64,000 bases of DNA, taken from NCBI GenBank assembly GCA_965221775.1, contig CBDCSU010000005.1, forward strand, positions 96,001 to 160,000, given 5' to 3'. Positions 47,389-57,734 of this stretch are shown here, one piece after another; positions within the stretch are counted from its first letter, which is position 1; the number at the start of each line of letters is the position of its first letter. The stretch comes from Candidatus Latescibacterota bacterium (GTDB taxonomy: Bacteria; Latescibacterota; UBA2968; UBA8231). The position numbers were made by a program, and so were the translations under genes. The notes under the pieces are model-generated. The model was not told the origin of the DNA, ran no database searches, and saw only the letters and a list, made by a program, of their open reading frames with translations.

Positions 47389-48963
47389 TCAGTGAGCGCG
47401 GTCGGGGGCCTTCTGGTCGAGCCGCACCTGCCGCCCCCGGCGCAGCTCCAGCCGGTTGATGGCGTCCACGTAGGCCCGGGCGCTGGCCTCGATGATGTCC
47501 GTCGAGGTGCCGCGTCCGGTGGTCTTCAGGTCGCCGTCGCTGACGCGCACCGTCACCTCTCCCATGGCCTGGCTGCCCCCCGTGATGGCCTGGATCGAGT
47601 ACTCCTCGACCTTGGCCCGGGTGTTGGTCACCTGGTTGATCGCCTCGTACGTGGCGTCCACCGGTCCGTCGCCCCAGGCCGACTGCTGCACCCGCTCCTC
47701 GCCGTCGACGCGGATGCGCACCGTCGCCGAGGGCACCGTGCCCGTGCCGCTCACCGTGTGCAGGTACTCCAGCGCAAAGCGGCCGCCCTCGCCCTCGCGG
47801 ATCTCGTCCTCGACGATGGCCATCAGATCCTCGTCGAAGACCTCCTTCTTCTTGTCCGCCAGTTCCAGGAAACGCTCGTAGATCTCGTCGAGCCGCTCGG
47901 CGTCCATCTCGTAGCCCAGCTCCTCCAGACGATGGCGCAGGGCGTGCCGGCCGGAGCGCGCCGTGAGGACGATGGAGGTCGCCTCCCAGCCCACCTCGGT
48001 GGGGTCCATGATCTCGAAGGTGTCGCGCGACTTGAGCACGCCGTCCTGGTGGATGCCGGAGCTGTGGGCGAAGGCGTTGGCCCCGACGATCGCCTTGTTG
48101 GGCGCCACCGCGATCCCCATGAGACGGCTCACCAGGCGGCTCGTGGAGAGGATCTCCCTGGCCACCACCTCCGTGCGCAGGCCGAAGTAATCCGCCCGCG
48201 TCTTCAGGGCCATCACCACCTCCTCCAGCGAGGCGTTGCCGGCGCGCTCCCCCAGGCCGTTGAGGGTGCATTCCACTTGGCGCGCCCCCGCCTGCAGGGA
48301 CGCCAGGCTGTTGGAGACGGCCATGCCGAGGTCGTCGTGGCAGTGCACGCTGATCACCGCCCGGTCGATGTTCGGCACCTCGTCGCGCAGCCGCCGGATG
48401 AGACCGGCAAACTGCTCGGGCACGGTGTAGCCCACCGTGTCGGGGATGTTGATCGTCGTCGCCCCCGCCTCGATGGCGGCCTGCACGATCTCGGCCAGGT
48501 AGGAGAACTCCGCCCGCGTCGCGTCCATGGGCGAGAACTCCACGTCCTCCGCGTACCCCCTGGCCCGGGTCACCGCCTTCACCGCCATGTCGAGGACCTC
48601 CGAGGCGCTCTTGTGCATCTGCCGCGCCAGGTGCGCCTCGGAGGTGCCCACGAAGGTGTGGATGCGCGGCCTGGGGGCATCCCTCAGGGCCTCGCCGGCG
48701 CGGTCGATGTCCTTGGGGATCACCCGCGCCAGGGCGCAGATCGCCGGCCCTTCCACCTCGAGCCCGACGCGCTGCACGGCCTCGAAGTCCTCGTTGGAGG
48801 AGATCGGAAAGCCCGCCTCGATGACGTCGACCCGGAGGCGGGCGAGCTGGTGTCCGATCTCGAGCTTGTCGCGCAGGGTCAGGGACGCCCCGGGCGACTG
48901 CTCGGCGTCGCGCAGGGTCGTGTCGAAGATGATTACGCGATCCTCGGACTTGGATGGTGCCAT
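47389..48963 (-). CDS. leuA: 2-isopropylmalate synthase
   Basis: FDTTLRDAEQSPG, PDTVG, HCHDDLG, GERAGN, HSSGIHQDG, GDGPVDA regulatory domain. Confidence 0.95.
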   Translation of the reverse strand: MAPSKSEDRVIIFDTTLRDAEQSPGASLTLRDKLEIGHQLARLRVDVIEAGFPISSNEDFEAVQRVGLEVEGPAICALARVIPKDIDRAGEALRDAPRPRIHTFVGTSEAHLARQMHKSASEVLDMAVKAVTRARGYAEDVEFSPMDATRAEFSYLAEIVQAAIEAGATTINIPDTVGYTVPEQFAGLIRRLRDEVPNIDRAVISVHCHDDLGMAVSNSLASLQAGARQVECTLNGLGERAGNASLEEVVMALKTRADYFGLRTEVVAREILSTSRLVSRLMGIAVAPNKAIVGANAFAHSSGIHQDGVLKSRDTFEIMDPTEVGWEATSIVLTARSGRHALRHRLEELGYEMDAERLDEIYERFLELADKKKEVFDEDLMAIVEDEIREGEGGRFALEYLHTVSGTGTVPSATVRIRVDGEERVQQSAWGDGPVDATYEAINQVTNTRAKVEEYSIQAITGGSQAMGEVTVRVSDGDLKTTGRGTSTDIIEASARAYVDAINRLELRRGRQVRLDQKAPDRAH

Positions 48964-48998
48964 GGCCAGTGCTCCGTCAGATGCCGGTGGGCGCGCCC

Positions 48999-50003
<1,005 letters not shown>

Positions 50004-50155
50004 CGCTATGCTCCTTGCCCCGGGAAGGGGCGGCGGCCGCGGCCGCCTTGTGGGGTCACCGGAGTGGGCACAACTCCGTCACCGCCCGTGAAATCGCTTC
50101 AGAGGCTCCGTCCGGCGTCTTCGATTGAGGTGCGTGAGAAGGGAAGCGGCGGAGC

Positions 50156-50290
50156 CTATTCGATCGGCCCGGCAAGGAGGAGGCCGGGAATCGGGCGATC
50201 GAGCGGAATGAGCGGCAGGGAACGCAGGGAGAGACGGGCCCGCGGTGTCGGGTCTCGATGTGGGCTCGGGGCGCTCGATGCGATGCTCAT
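50156..50290 (-). promoter_or_regulatory. Putative Leu/Ile-rich attenuator leader peptide (44 aa) of the ilvC-leu operon
   Basis: MSIASSAPSPHRDPTPRARLSLRSLPLIPLDRPIPGLLLAGPIE* (8 Leu, 4 Ile, LLL near the stop), lying between the promoter and ilvC. Confidence 0.65.
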
Positions 50291-50326
50291 GGGAAGGCCG
50301 GAACCGGTATCTGGTGGAAAGCGCGC

Positions 50327-50355
50327 AATATAGAGGAGACCCGCAAGGATGTCAA
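50327..50355 (-). promoter_or_regulatory. Sigma70 promoter of the ilvC-leu operon
   Basis: TTGACA-17 bp-TATATT. Confidence 0.75.
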
Positions 50356-50428
50356 GAATGGGCGGGTGACAGCCGCGTCCGCCCGGAGCCCGCCCCCGGG
50401 AGCGGGCCTGGCGATGCCGCGGGCAGGG

Positions 50429-51886
50429 TCACCCCCCGAACAGCTTCGGAAGCTGGTTGCTCAAAGTGACGATGGTGAAATAGCCGAAGAACGCGCTGGC
50501 CCACACCATCGCCAGGAAGCGCACGACGGGAGTGCGCAAGGTCCCGCCCAGGACGCGGCTGTTCATCCACAACAGCAGCAGCGAGTAGATCAGCATGACG
50601 CCGCCGTTCAGAGCGGCGCTGAGGACGAGCAGCACCAGCGGCTGCGCCAGGCCGGGCACGACCAGCCCCGCCAGCAGGATGGCGCACCCGAGCAGGATCT
50701 GGCCCCACAGGAGCAGGAAGTAGAGGCGGCTGTCGGTCCAGACCTCGCTGTCGCGCAGCCAGTTGACCTTGATGATGTCCGTCGAGATGCGGGCGCAGGC
50801 GTCGAGGAGCCCCAGCTCCGTCGTCAGCAGGATGGCGATCCCCATCCAGTGGAAAGCGTGCTGCATCCACGGCCCGTAGCGGTCGCCGATGAACCGCCCC
50901 TCGGCGCGGATGAAGCCGAAGCCCTTCTCCAGCCCGGGGGTCCCCTGGGTAGTGGCGTAGGCGATGAGGGAGAGCATCATCAGGGAGAGCACCGACAGCA
51001 GGTAGAAGTTGAGCAGGTGCTCGCGGTTGGCGGCGCCCCACCAGTCCTTCCACCGGCGCAGGTTGTCGGCGCCGTGCTCGAAGTGGGCGCCGATGCCGGC
51101 CACCGCCTCGGCGCGCCCCGTGAGGGGACTCGTCAGGCGGCCGGCGAAGCGCCCCATGGCATAGCCCTTCTCGCGCACGTAGTTGCTCTGGGCGAGGTTC
51201 ATCGTGCCGCCGGCGCCGGCGAAGGCCAGGGCTCCGAGGAGCAGGGGCAGCTCCATGCCCTCGGGGATGTGACCCACGTTGGCGATGCCGCGCGCCATTT
51301 CCCCCACGTGCACCAGATCGACCACGAGGAAGGCGAGGATCAGCATGAACAGGAAGATGAACGCCACCAGGATCTTCTGAAGCCTCTCCACCGTGTTGTA
51401 GACCACGGGCCCGAGGGTCAGTGCGGCACCGATGGCCAGCAGGCTGAGGATCGAGATCAGGGTGCGCGCCTGCGCGCCTCCGCCGATCTCCCAGGTGAGC
51501 ATGGTCGCCGCTCCCGCCGCCCACCCCGGCCACATCCAGGGGATGACGTTGCATACGAGGAAGACGGCGGCCCAGCCCTTCCACAGGCGGCAGAATCCGG
51601 TGATCGCCGACTCGCCCGTGGCCAGGGTCCAGCGCTCGATCTCCATGTTGATGAAGTACTGGGTGGTGACCCCCACCATGCACGCCCAGAAGGCGACGAA
51701 GCCGAAGCGGTAGGTGATGTAGGGCCAGAGGACGAACTCGCCGCTGCCGAGGGAGAGTCCGAGCAACAGGACGCTGGGGCCGAGGAGCCTGCGCCACGAC
51801 GGCGCTTCGGGCAGATCCTGGTAACGAGCCGGAGGCAGCCGGTCGCTGGGGATGACCTCGTGGGGGACGGGCCGGGACCCGCTCAC
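50429..51886 (-). CDS. Nramp-like/APC-superfamily secondary transporter
   Basis: LGPSVLLLGLSLGSGEFVLWP, EIERWTLATGE, multi-TM; GTG overlaps the upstream stop. Confidence 0.8.
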   Translation of the reverse strand: MSGSRPVPHEVIPSDRLPPARYQDLPEAPSWRRLLGPSVLLLGLSLGSGEFVLWPYITYRFGFVAFWACMVGVTTQYFINMEIERWTLATGESAITGFCRLWKGWAAVFLVCNVIPWMWPGWAAGAATMLTWEIGGGAQARTLISILSLLAIGAALTLGPVVYNTVERLQKILVAFIFLFMLILAFLVVDLVHVGEMARGIANVGHIPEGMELPLLLGALAFAGAGGTMNLAQSNYVREKGYAMGRFAGRLTSPLTGRAEAVAGIGAHFEHGADNLRRWKDWWGAANREHLLNFYLLSVLSLMMLSLIAYATTQGTPGLEKGFGFIRAEGRFIGDRYGPWMQHAFHWMGIAILLTTELGLLDACARISTDIIKVNWLRDSEVWTDSRLYFLLLWGQILLGCAILLAGLVVPGLAQPLVLLVLSAALNGGVMLIYSLLLLWMNSRVLGGTLRTPVVRFLAMVWASAFFGYFTIVTLSNQLPKLFGG

Positions 51887-52980
51887 CGGCGGCGGCTCTC
51901 CCGGAAGGCGACCAGCGGATGCTCGCGGTTGGCCATGGGCATGGGCACCCGGGCGCCGGTGATCTGCGACTCGTAGGCCCCCAGGATCATCTCCAGGGCG
52001 GCCACGGCGCCGGCGGCGCTCGACAACGGCTCGCGGTCCTCCTCGGCGGCCTCGATCAGGTCGGCGATGGCGCGCTGGTTGCCCGAGGGCAGCTCGTCCT
52101 CGGGCAGTCCCTCCAGCGGCTGCCAGCCCTGTCCGGCGTCGGCGGGCAGGAAGACCGGATGGGGGTAGATCACCAGCTCCGAGCCGGCCCCGCCCCGCAG
52201 CGAGATCACGCCCTCGCTGCCGACGATCTCCATGCCGTAGCGCTTGTTCGAGCCGACCTGGTCCTTGCGCGAGTCGAAGAACCCGGCCACCCCCGACTCG
52301 AAGGCGAAGTACGAGTTCACGCAGTCGCCGGCCACCGGCCCCACGGGCTCGCCCGCCTCGCGCACGTCTTCCGGCGTGAGCTCCCGGCCTTCCACCGTGA
52401 CCTGCGCCGACATCCAGCCCACGTCGCCGACGAAGTACCGCATCATGTTGAACAGGTGCGTCCCCAGGACGATCATGTCCTCGCCGCCGCCGCGGCGGTC
52501 CTGCTTGCCGTGGGCGTAGATCGCCTGCACCTCGCCGATGCGGCCCTCCCGCAGGATCCCCCGCAGCTGCTGGATGCGGGGCAGGTAGACGGCCTGGTGG
52601 GCGACGGCGACCTTGAGGCCCGCCTCCCGGGCCTTGCCGACGATGGCGTCGCCCTCGGCCAGGTTCCACGTCATCGGCTTCTCGCAGTAGACGTGGGCGC
52701 CCGCCTCCAGGCAGGCGGTGACCATCTCCAGGTGGCAGTCGGTCCACCGCGGGCATACGCTGACGAGGTCCGGGGACTGCTCCTGCAGCATCCTCCCGTA
52801 GTCCGCGTAGGACGCGCCGGCGCCTGTCTCCGCCTGCGCCTTCGCACGGCCCTCCTCGTCGGGGTCGGCCACGGCCACGAAGTCGACGGCCGGATGGTCC
52901 CTGTAGGCCAGGTGCAGGCCATGACCGTAGTTGCCCTGGCCGGTGCGGCCGATGGCGGCCGCTCGATAGCGTCGATTCAC
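51883..52980 (-). CDS. Gfo/Idh/MocA family oxidoreductase
   Basis: HVYCEKPM, GGGEDMIVLGTHLF; AGGAGG RBS before GTG 52980. Confidence 0.88.
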   Translation of the reverse strand: MNRRYRAAAIGRTGQGNYGHGLHLAYRDHPAVDFVAVADPDEEGRAKAQAETGAGASYADYGRMLQEQSPDLVSVCPRWTDCHLEMVTACLEAGAHVYCEKPMTWNLAEGDAIVGKAREAGLKVAVAHQAVYLPRIQQLRGILREGRIGEVQAIYAHGKQDRRGGGEDMIVLGTHLFNMMRYFVGDVGWMSAQVTVEGRELTPEDVREAGEPVGPVAGDCVNSYFAFESGVAGFFDSRKDQVGSNKRYGMEIVGSEGVISLRGGAGSELVIYPHPVFLPADAGQGWQPLEGLPEDELPSGNQRAIADLIEAAEEDREPLSSAAGAVAALEMILGAYESQITGARVPMPMANREHPLVAFRESRRR

Positions 52981-53042
52981 CAGATCCCTCCTTTGGATTC
53001 CGGACCGTCGGACATAAGCGTCCAACGGTAGTGCCAGGCGCC

Positions 53043-53071
53043 TTGACCCGCCAAGAGGCTCCCGCCATCTT
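53043..53071 (+). promoter_or_regulatory. Putative leaderless promoter
   Basis: TTGACC-17 bp-CATCTT, ending 6 nt before GTG 53078. Confidence 0.45.
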
Positions 53072-53077
53072 GCCCGC

Positions 53078-53818
53078 GTGAGACTGAGCGTCCTCCAGGC
53101 CTACGAACGGCTCCTCCGGCACTACGGCCCCCAGGGATGGTGGCCGACCACGGCGCGCGGAGGTCTCCGCCCCCTGTACCGTCCCGGCACGGCCGGCGCC
53201 GTTCCCGCGCCGCGGCAGCAGTGGGAGATCGCCGTCGGCGCCATCCTGACGCAGAACACGACCTGGCGGAACGCTTCGGCCGCCCTGTCGGCCCTGGTCC
53301 GGAAGCGGGTCCTGAGCATCCGGCGCATGGCCGCCCTGCCCCGGCCGACCCTGGCGGCCACCATCCGCAGCGCCGGCTACTTCAACCAGAAGGCGCGCAA
53401 CCTGCAGGAGCTGGCGGCCCACCTCGCGGCCGTGAGCGGCGGGCGCATCGCCCCCTTCCTCTCGCGGCCTCCCGACGAGCTGCGCGGCGAGTTGCTCTCC
53501 CGGCGTGGCGTCGGCCCCGAGACGGCGGACAGCATCCTGCTCTACGCCGCCGGCCTTCCCTTCTTCGTCATCGACGCGTACACCCGCCGCATCGGCGCGC
53601 GCCTGGCATGGGTGCCGGAGGGGATCGCCTACCACCCGCTGCAGGAGCACCTCCAGTCGCGCCTGCCGCGGGACCCCGCCCTCTACAACGAGTACCACGC
53701 CCTGCTCGTGCGCCACGCCGTCACCCACTGCAGGGCCCGCCCCCTGTGCGAGGGCTGCTGCCTCCGGGACGCCTGCCCGGCCGGCGACGCCTTCGCTTCA
53801 TCCGGAGAGATATCGTGA
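53078..53818 (+). CDS. Endonuclease III-related HhH-GPD DNA glycosylase with 4Fe-4S motif
   Basis: GAILTQNTTWRN, GYFNQKA, GVGPETADSILLY, VIDAYTRR, CRARPLCEGCCLRDAC. Confidence 0.9.
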   Translation: MRLSVLQAYERLLRHYGPQGWWPTTARGGLRPLYRPGTAGAVPAPRQQWEIAVGAILTQNTTWRNASAALSALVRKRVLSIRRMAALPRPTLAATIRSAGYFNQKARNLQELAAHLAAVSGGRIAPFLSRPPDELRGELLSRRGVGPETADSILLYAAGLPFFVIDAYTRRIGARLAWVPEGIAYHPLQEHLQSRLPRDPALYNEYHALLVRHAVTHCRARPLCEGCCLRDACPAGDAFASSGEIS

Positions 53819-54765
53819 CCGCCCTGGACTGCCTCGGTGGAGAGCGCCCCCTGGCGACGGAGGAGTTCGCCCGCCGCGCCCACGCCTACGTCCTGAACCC
53901 GAACCGCAACCCGGTGAAGGAGGTCCTCGACAGGTACGGGTCGGTGGAGGAGACGCCGCCCCTGCTCGGGATCTTCAACGACGTCCCCTGGTACCAGGTC
54001 CGCGACGACGAGGTGCACGCCTGGGCGAAGGCCGGACTCTCATGGGTCGTCAACGACGCCGAGCACCTGCAGCGGGAGGGCTGGTACGGACGCCAGCAGA
54101 ACGCCATGGAGGGGCGGGTGGGACTGCTCCAGGTGCAGCGTCTCCACCGCGAGGCCTTCAGCGCCCACGGCGACGTCTTCCAGCTGGGGGCGCGGGCGAC
54201 GATGAAGCCGTACGGGACCACCCTCGAGGAGGCGGAGAGGTTCTTCCGCGCGGTGAACTTCCCCACGCCGGGCCAGGCCACCCGCGACGACCGCGGCGGC
54301 TATCCGGTCCGCTACGGCGACCGCAAGTTCGCCTTCACTCCCGATTCACTGCGGGGACAGGAGACCGAGACCCAGGGGTGGATCCAGTTCGAGACGGCCG
54401 AGTACATCGTCGACCGCGAGGTTCGCGACGGGGTCCTCGACCTGATGCAGGCCCAGGGCCCGAACAAGGCCTGCGGCTTTGTCGGCCCCTTCGACGCCAT
54501 CCTGCGCCAGGGCGAGATCCCGGAGATCGAGGAGGCGATCGACGCCCTCTTCCGCGCGGCCTCCCGGCGGGGCCTTCACATGGGCCGCGTCGTGGGCTCC
54601 GGGTCCATGGAGGATCCCGGCGAGATCGAGGACAACATCGTCCGCGCCATGGAGAACGGCGCCCGGCTGATCTGCGTTCACCCCTTCACCAGCGACCTGG
54701 TCTTCCGCGGAGCGATGAACGTGACCGAGCCGTTCTTCAAAGCCGCCGAGCGGTGCGGCTTCTGA
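53815..54765 (+). CDS. Divergent HpcH/HpaI-family (class II pyruvate) aldolase
   Basis: WVVNDAEH, WIQFETAE, GFVGPFDA; GTGA overlap with the glycosylase gene. Confidence 0.7.
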   Translation: MTALDCLGGERPLATEEFARRAHAYVLNPNRNPVKEVLDRYGSVEETPPLLGIFNDVPWYQVRDDEVHAWAKAGLSWVVNDAEHLQREGWYGRQQNAMEGRVGLLQVQRLHREAFSAHGDVFQLGARATMKPYGTTLEEAERFFRAVNFPTPGQATRDDRGGYPVRYGDRKFAFTPDSLRGQETETQGWIQFETAEYIVDREVRDGVLDLMQAQGPNKACGFVGPFDAILRQGEIPEIEEAIDALFRAASRRGLHMGRVVGSGSMEDPGEIEDNIVRAMENGARLICVHPFTSDLVFRGAMNVTEPFFKAAERCGF

Positions 54766-55117
54766 TCCTCCGATTGCGCCCCCCGGGGATCCTCCGTATG
54801 TTCGGCGGGCCCCCCGAAGTGCAGCACCACGTTCCCTCGCAACCCCCCTCCCTCTGACAACGACGGACGAGCCGCCTGCCGCTCAGGCGCCTCCGTCGAT
54901 CCCCCTCCTCGGTCCCGGCTGCCGGACCGCTTCCGCGGACGATCCGACAGCATCACGAGGCCCTCTGCTGGCGGCTTCAAGGCGAGGAGATCGGGTCCCA
55001 CCGGACATCGACCGGCCCAGCCTGCCGACATCACCGGAACTCCGAGTCCAGGAGATCGGTCCCGGCCGGCGGGCGCGGATCGTCAAGAGCTCACCGCGGT
55101 CTCCCCGACCGGAACGG

Positions 55118-55149
55118 AGAGGGCCTGGCGCGACGGCGCCGGGCCCTCT
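55118..55149. terminator. GC-rich hairpin between convergent genes
   Basis: AGAGGGCCTGGCGC-GACG-GCGCCGGGCCCTCT; no clear U-tract. Confidence 0.45.
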
Positions 55150-55165
55150 TCGCGTACCCACCGTC

Positions 55166-56449
55166 CTACCGGGAGACGAACTTCGGGCGGCCGAACCCGT
55201 CGTTGACCACCAGGCTGCGCGCGGGGATGTCGGCGTGGTCGGGGATGGCGAGATCGCTCTCGAGCCGGTTCTCGAGGATCGTCCCGTCGCCGATGGTCAC
55301 GTCGGACCCCAGCAGGATCCTCCCCGGCATGGCCTCTCCCGCCCGCACCGTGCCGATGACGACGGAGGCGTTGACCCGGCACCGGGGGCCGGTCTCCACG
55401 AGACCGTAGATCTCCACGCTCGGCCCGATGACCGAGTGGTCTCCCACCCGCACCGGGCCGAAGAGGTCGGCGTCGGTGCCGATGAAGACGAAGTCCCCGA
55501 TCTCCGGGTGGCGCCGGTAGAGGCGCCGGGTCAGGCCGCCCAGGGTGCAGGGATAGAAGTGGCATCCGGAACCGATGACGCCCGTCTGGCCCGTGGTCAG
55601 GCCCCGGTGCGGATGGTCCAGGAAGTTGGCGTCCCCGATGCGGGTCTCGGGATGGATGTCGGCCTGGTAGTACCGCCCCCCCAGCTCCGAGATGGCCCGC
55701 GGCAGCAGGGGCACGGGATCCCGGTGCAGGCGCGGCTCTCCGTCGAGAGGGCCGCTGCGGGTCAGGGCATGGGCCACGTCGTGGTAGAACAGGACCCGCC
55801 ATCCCGGGTAGGTGCTGGTGACCAGCTGCATCTGGTACCCGAAGACGCCTTCACCCGGGAGGCCGTCGAGGAACTCCTGGTAGCAGGCCTGGTCGCGCTC
55901 GGCGATGGCGGTGTCGAGGTGGGCCGCGAAATCCAGTTCCGCCAGGTCCGCCTCGCCCAGACCGCAGGCCCGGCGCAGGTAGGCGTCCCAGACGGCCGGG
56001 TCCTTCAGGGAGGCGAAGCGGTTCCACTGGGCCCGCTGCTTGAGCTCCACGAGCTCCCACAGGACCGAGTAGGCCGCCGCCAGGGCCCGGTCCTCCAGGT
56101 CCTCGCCGGCGCCCACGGCCAGGTGGGACTGGGCCACCATGGCGTACAGCTGATCGGCCACCTCGGCGATGGAAGCGCTGAAGTCGCCCACCGGATGCCC
56201 GGCTTCCAGGGCGTTGTGCGAGCCGGGAGCGACGCACTCCAGCAGGTTGCCGAGGACCGTCTCCAGGATGTCGCGGTTCACGAAGCCCCGGCCCGACCGC
56301 TGGGACAGGATGGCGGGGTTGACGCGATCGATGCGCAGGGCTGCCAGCTCCTCGGCGGAATAGCAGGCCCGCAGGCGCTCGAGGATCCTCCCCAGCAGCT
56401 CGCGCTTGCGCTTTTCGTAGCGCTGGTCGAAGAGGGTGGCCGTGCTCAT
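55166..56449 (-). CDS. Serine O-acetyltransferase-like (CysE/EpsC) hexapeptide-repeat acyltransferase with long N-terminal helical domain
   Basis: YPGWRVLFYHDVAHAL, PLLPRAISE, DIHPETRIG...LDH, TLGG...RHPEIGD. Confidence 0.7.
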   Translation of the reverse strand: MSTATLFDQRYEKRKRELLGRILERLRACYSAEELAALRIDRVNPAILSQRSGRGFVNRDILETVLGNLLECVAPGSHNALEAGHPVGDFSASIAEVADQLYAMVAQSHLAVGAGEDLEDRALAAAYSVLWELVELKQRAQWNRFASLKDPAVWDAYLRRACGLGEADLAELDFAAHLDTAIAERDQACYQEFLDGLPGEGVFGYQMQLVTSTYPGWRVLFYHDVAHALTRSGPLDGEPRLHRDPVPLLPRAISELGGRYYQADIHPETRIGDANFLDHPHRGLTTGQTGVIGSGCHFYPCTLGGLTRRLYRRHPEIGDFVFIGTDADLFGPVRVGDHSVIGPSVEIYGLVETGPRCRVNASVVIGTVRAGEAMPGRILLGSDVTIGDGTILENRLESDLAIPDHADIPARSLVVNDGFGRPKFVSR

Positions 56450-56472
56450 GGGGCGAGTCCCGCGCCGGGGCC

Positions 56473-56781
56473 TCAGTCCATGTGGAACGCTTCCTCGAGG
56501 GGTGTGATGACCGGCGAGCTGTCCGGATTGCACTCCATGAGAGGCTCCATGTAGCGCCACCACTCCCGCATCAGCTCCTCCCGGGGCAATCCCTCCAGGG
56601 CCTCCGGATCGTCGATCTCGAGGCAGGCGAAGAGCGTCGTCCCGTCGCGGAAGATGGTGTAGTTGCGGATCCCCGTGTCCCGCAGCAGCCGGGCCAGGTC
56701 GGGCCAGACCTCGTCGTGGCGTCGTTTGTACTCCTCCTCGTTCCCCGCCTTGAGCTGCATCCTGAACCCCACACGAGCCAT
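56473..56781 (-). CDS. rhaM: L-rhamnose mutarotase
   Basis: FRMQLKAG.EEEYKRRHDEVWP, GIRNYTIF, WWRYM, LEEAFHMD. Confidence 0.92.
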   Translation of the reverse strand: MARVGFRMQLKAGNEEEYKRRHDEVWPDLARLLRDTGIRNYTIFRDGTTLFACLEIDDPEALEGLPREELMREWWRYMEPLMECNPDSSPVITPLEEAFHMD

Positions 56782-56909
56782 GAACACGCCTCCCTCGATC
56801 GGTGGATCGGCCCTGCGCAAGGGTACTCCGTTGCGCCCTCCCCGGCAATCTCTATCTTGTGGTTTTTTCACGGACTTGAGTGCGTTTTCCCCATCGCCGG
56901 AAGGTCGGC

Positions 56910-57698
56910 ATGCACCCCTTCGAGGACCTCCAGGTACCCCGGGACGGAATCGGTCTCCACTGGTTCGGCCAGAGCAGCTTCGGCCTGCGCCATCCCGACG
57001 GCAGCATCCTGCAGACCGACCCGTACTATCCCCGGCACCGCCCGGCCGAACAGTTCGTCCACGCCCGGCCGCCCCTGATGGAGGAGTCCCTGCGGACCGA
57101 CTGGGTCCTGCTGACCCACGACCACGGGGACCACACCTGCATGGAGAGCATCGACCGCATCCGCGGCGCCTTCCCCGAGGTCCGCTTCGCCGGCCCCCCG
57201 GAGAGCTGCGAACGACTGGGCCGGGGAGGCGTCTCCCCCGACCGGATCACGGAACTGACCGCCGGGGTCTCCGCCGACCTCGGGCCCTTCATCGCCCACG
57301 CCGTTTGGGCCAAGCCGCCCGGTGGCGATCCGGCCGCCGGCATCGAGCCCCCCGACGTGCAGCACCTCGGCTACGTGGTCGACGCCGGCGCCATGCGCCT
57401 CTATCTGTCGGGTGATCCGATCAACAACCTCGCCGACAACGAGGAGCTCCTGGCCCCGATCCGGGAGCTGGAGCCCCACGTCGGCCTGATGACCACCCAC
57501 CCGACGGAGGGCGAGTTCCCCTTCTTCGAGGGCTGCGCCCGCGTCGCCGGCGCCCTCGGTCTGGGCGTCGCCGTGCCCGCCCACTACGGCTGCTTCGTCT
57601 CCCGCGACTACGACCCGCACGAATGGGCCGGCCACCTGCCCGACGGCATCGACCCCCTGATCATCCCCTACAACCAGAGTTGCGTCCTCAGCCTATGA
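56910..57698 (+). CDS. MBL-fold metallo-hydrolase (UlaG-like lactonase)
   Basis: WFGQSSF, TDPY, THDHGDH, YLSGD, VPAHYGCF. Confidence 0.85.
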   Translation: MHPFEDLQVPRDGIGLHWFGQSSFGLRHPDGSILQTDPYYPRHRPAEQFVHARPPLMEESLRTDWVLLTHDHGDHTCMESIDRIRGAFPEVRFAGPPESCERLGRGGVSPDRITELTAGVSADLGPFIAHAVWAKPPGGDPAAGIEPPDVQHLGYVVDAGAMRLYLSGDPINNLADNEELLAPIRELEPHVGLMTTHPTEGEFPFFEGCARVAGALGLGVAVPAHYGCFVSRDYDPHEWAGHLPDGIDPLIIPYNQSCVLSL

Positions 57699-57734
57699 CC
57701 CTCGCGGCGAGGGACCCGGGCTGCGACCGACCGT

